Of a stretch of DNA of 64,000 bases, positions 60,560-64,000 are shown piece by piece. The position numbers and the translations under genes are program-made. This DNA is from Malacoraja senta (taxonomy: Eukaryota). The stretch is taken from positions 11,720,001 through 11,784,000 of the forward strand of contig CM075993.1 of NCBI GenBank assembly GCA_038087875.1, written 5' to 3'. Positions within the stretch are counted from its first letter, which is position 1. Every line of letters starts with the position of its first letter. The notes under the pieces are model-generated. The model was not told the origin of the DNA, ran no database searches, and saw nothing but the letters and a program-made list of their open reading frames with translations.

Positions 60560-61970
60560 AAATCTGAGGGAGAGGATTAATGATCATTTGGAAAGGCAGG
60601 GACTAACCTGAGATGGCTTGACACAAAATCCTGGAGTAACTCAGCTGGCCAGGCAGCATCTCTGGAGAAAAGGAATAGATGGCATATCGGGTCGAGACTG
60701 TTCTTCAGACTGTTTTGTCAAAGGCAGAGACTATCTGATCAATTTGAAGAGGTATTAGTGAGGGTAGGGCAGTAGATATACATTATGTGGACTTTAGTGA
60801 GGTCTTTGGCAAAGTTCCACATGGGAGACTAGTTGAAAAGATTAGGGCACAAGGGATCCAGGCAAGTTATTAAACTGGATCTAAAGCTGACTTGACAATA
60901 GGAGTTAGAGGATAATTGGAGAGGCTGTTGTTGTGACTCGCTGTGTCCCACAAGGATCGTTGGTGGGACTCTTGCTCTGTGTAATGTACGTGAATGACCT
61001 GTGTAGGAAGGAACTGCAGATGCTGGTTTAAACTGAAGATAGACATAAAGTGCTGGAGTAACTTAGGAGAGAAGGAATGGTTGATGTTTTGGGTCGCGAC
61101 TGTTCTTCAGACTCCAGTCTAAAGAATGGTCTCGACCCGAAACATCACCCATAGAGTCTGAAGAAGGGTCTCGACCCGAAATGTCACCCATTCCTTCTCG
61201 TGTAGGAAGGAACTGAAGATGCTGGCTTAAACCAAAGATAGACACAAAATGCTGGCGTAACTCAGCGGGACAGACGGCATCTCTGTGGTAATGCTATTCA
61301 AAAAATTAAGTAAATGAGGAGCTCTTTAATGAGAGTTAACAATTTAAAGACATAAAGTGCTGGGGTAACTCAGGAGAGAAGGAATGGGTGACGTTTCAGG
61401 TCAAGACCCATCTTCAGACTCAATGGGTGATGTTTCGGGTCGAGACCCTTCTTCAGTCCCATTCCTTCTCTCCAGAAATGCTGCCTGTCCTGCTTTTGTG
61501 TCTATTTACGTCAATGACCTGGATGTAGATCCGAGATGTGTAACTGTGAATAACACGAAGATTGGCAGGGTTGTTAATTGTATGGAATATCATATGGAAT
61601 ATATGGAATTGTATGGAATATCGTCATTTTAGGCTGCAGGGAGATATCAATGTGTTGGTGAAATGGCAGATGGAGTTTAATCCAGACAATCGAGAGGTCA
61701 AGCACTTGGAGAGCATGAATAAGGTGAAGATATACACCATGTACGACAGGATCTTAGAAAGTAGTTACAGTGGGACATTGGAGCACGTCCATTTAAAAGT
61801 GGCAACACAACTAGATAACAGCATTGGGAAACCATATGGAGCACTAGCATGGGATACATAGAATATAAAAGTAGGGAGGTTAAACTGCAGCTGTAATAAA
61901 ACCTGAGACCACAGCTGGAGTACAGGGCAGTTCTGGTCACCATGTTACAGGAAGGAAGTGATCGCATTGT
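60560..61970 (+). mobile_element. Decayed CR1 RT region containing a complex PLE cluster (61001-61506)
   Basis: AVDI.YVDFS..F.KVPH.RLV.KIRA.GI, VPQGS.VG.LL..MYVNDL, KWQMEFNPD..EV.H remnants. Confidence 0.72.
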
Positions 61971-62377
61971 AGATGGTTACAACGTGATTTCTATGGGGAA
62001 CCAGAGCACCACTTAAACGTTACTTAAAACACAACAACAGAAAAGAAAGCTGCTTTGGGGAAAAATACTGTTCCAATAGACACCATTGTCTGTTAAGAAC
62101 ACAGCTGATAGTTTCACCACAGTAGGCCATGGAAATAGACAAGCAATTGCTTTTTTTGACACGTGCAACAATACTATTAAACTATGTAACATAGTGTCTA
62201 GTATTTTAATACATCTAAAATACATTTATACCTATTAAAAAGACCTTTATTTTGGAAATGCGGCAGGAAAAATAACTATCATTGCGAACCTGAAACTTTA
62301 TGATCCCTAAAACTCCCATTTTCTCTGTTGACACGCGTTTTTAATAATGCAATTCTCCATACGAATAGATTTCTTAA

Positions 62378-62535
62378 GGGCCTGTCCCACTTACGCGATT
62401 TTATCGGCGACTTCCCGGCACCCGCCAGTCGCAGCAGGTCGCTGAAAATGTTGAAAATCCAGCCGCGACCAGAAAAAGGTACGACTCTTTGGGCAACTAC
62501 TTACGATCATACAGGCGTCACCTGTCGACATGTTA
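62378..62535. mobile_element. Left end of a MITE related to 28820-29507
   Basis: TTAA|GGGCCTGTCCCACT...; no matching right TIR seen. Confidence 0.6.
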
Positions 62536-62573
62536 CAATATCCCTACAGTTTTGTAGATGCAGTAACCTTCTA

Positions 62574-62830
62574 GCACGGTGGCTCAGCGGTAGAGTTGCT
62601 GCATTACAGCACCAGAGACCCTGGTTCGATCCTGACTACAGGTACTGTCTGTACGTACTATGTACGTTCTCCCCATGACCACGATTCCCCAGGTGCTCGG
62701 GTTTCCTCCCACACTCCAAAGACGTACAGGTTTGTAGATTAATTGGCTTTGTTAAGGATTGTAAATTGTCCCCAGTGTGTAGGATAGTTTTAGTGTGCGG
62801 AGATTGCTGGTCGGCGCAGACTTGGTGGGG
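62574..62830 (+). mobile_element. V-SINE, 3' truncated
   Basis: A/B boxes and V-domain. Confidence 0.82.
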
Positions 62831-63300
62831 AGAATTGGGAGAGTAAAGAAACAGGCCTGTAATTTGTGAAATGGTGTCTATCCCCAGTTTTATATAATGG
62901 TATTACTTTTGCTATTTTCATTTTGTTCGGAAATTTACCGGATTGAAGACAAGTTACAGATATGAGTTAATGGTTCTGCAATTTCTTCAATAATGTTTTT
63001 TATTATAATCATATCAATAACATTCCAATCAGTAGAGGATTTGCTTTTACATTTTCTTACAGTGTCTATGATTTAATTTCCTTCGACTTCTCTAAGGAAG
63101 ATAGAACTAGTATTTCTATCCCAAAGATCAGTATCCGCCCCTTCTTTTGTTTCTGGGTCATTCATTTTTTCTGCCAAATCTGGTCCCACATTTACAAATT
63201 TGTTAAAACCATCAACCGCATCATCCATATTATTCATTGTCTTGCCTTTCTCAATAAAATACTCAGGGTAGCCTGTATTTTTGATCCATTTCTAATAATA
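62830..63300 (-). mobile_element. AT-rich CR1-group LINE (Crack/Daphne-like) ORF2 fragment with frameshifts
   Basis: Minus strand FVNVGPDLA...IIEEIAEPLTHICNLS/SGKFPNKMKIAKVIPLYKTGDRHHFTNYRPVSLLSQFS. Confidence 0.75.
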
Positions 63301-63590
63301 CTATTTAGAGGTGGCTGTGAAGTTGAGAACCAGCAGCCATGGTCTAAAGATGTAGAAATTTCAATTTATGCTGCGTCGATTATTAACTTTAAACTGGAGA
63401 AGCAGAGAAGTTAACCACAGTGTACTCGGGACAGGCAGGAGAATGTGCAAGGATTCAGAGTTTCACCCAATGCCACAACTGGACCAAAAACCTAAACCAT
63501 CTCCACTGCTGTTCCTAATGTTTGTAATTAACAGTCCATAAAGTTTCCCCCTTCAGGTAGTTTTCTTTTAATAATAGGAACTTGACCTAC

Positions 63591-63754
63591 CCGTAGCAGG
63601 CCTTTTCCCCCTTTGGCCAAACTGTCTCCAAAGTCCTTGGGTTGGCGGTTCATTTCTTCCCTCCGCTTCTGCTGATACTCTTTATCCATTGTGATAGCAG
63701 CCAAACCTTTGCCGACTGAGCCGGTGATTCTCGACACCACACCAGCTGCACCAC
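63591..63754 (-). CDS. VPS13C: VPS13C coding exon (GGAAGVVSRITGSVGKGLAAITMDKEYQQKRREEMNRQPKDFGDSLAKGGKGLLR), ATG2_C-like region
   Basis: Acceptor ctacag|GT, donor CGG|gtaggt, 164 nt, phase 1 to 0. The peptide matches VPS13C (GGAAGVVSRITGSVGKGLAAITMDKEYQQKRREE) rather than VPS13A as recalled. Earlier exons lie beyond the window end. Confidence 0.95.
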
Positions 63755-64000
63755 CTGTAGTTAAGATCATTTGTATTCTGCATCAGTATTGGGGCTGTAG
63801 ACAAGTTTCAAATCCTGTGAATGACCGATTCTGAAACTATCCGAAAAATATGGACTTTATAGTGTAGGAAGGAACTGCAGATGCTGGTTTACACCGAAGA
63901 TAGACACAAAATGCTGGAGTAACTCAGCAGGACAGACAGCATCTCTGTGGTCATGCTACTTATATATTAAGTAAATGAGGAGCTCTGTAATGAGAGTTAA

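Noticed and set aside
63591..63754. Assignment to VPS13A
   Set aside because: The diagnostic residues (AAGVVSRITGSVGKGLAAITMDKEY, DFGDSLA) and the C-terminal exons fit VPS13C as recalled.

Overview
Eukaryotic genomic DNA, most likely from a cartilaginous fish (skate/ray-like; inferred from HE1-type V-SINEs, HER1/CR1 LINE tails and the repeat landscape). No prokaryotic system is present. The minus strand of 24.8-63.8 kb carries the last 8 coding exons of VPS13C, which I reconstructed by hand with GT-AG sites and phases. A probable alternative short terminal exon (QDAD*, 40183-40197) has its own branch point, polypyrimidine tract and AATAAA signals. Two of the exons each lack 1 nt, probably long-read consensus errors right of a 200-N gap at 19055-19254. 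The rest is mostly nested transposons: V-SINEs, CR1, L1, Tx1, Rex1/Babar, a Crack/Daphne-like LINE, two DNA-transposon MITE families and satellites. The most striking signal is roughly two dozen copies of a Penelope-like (GIY-YIG) terminal repeat carrying a minimal hammerhead ribozyme core (CTGAAGA-A-GGGTC-TC-GACCC-GAAACGTC). These occur as fold-back insertions, tandem dimers and a 5x49-bp array, and some appear to have captured local DNA. A teleost-like CORE-SINE is a horizontal-transfer candidate. Repeat boundaries are approximate; family names come from recognition, not database searches.
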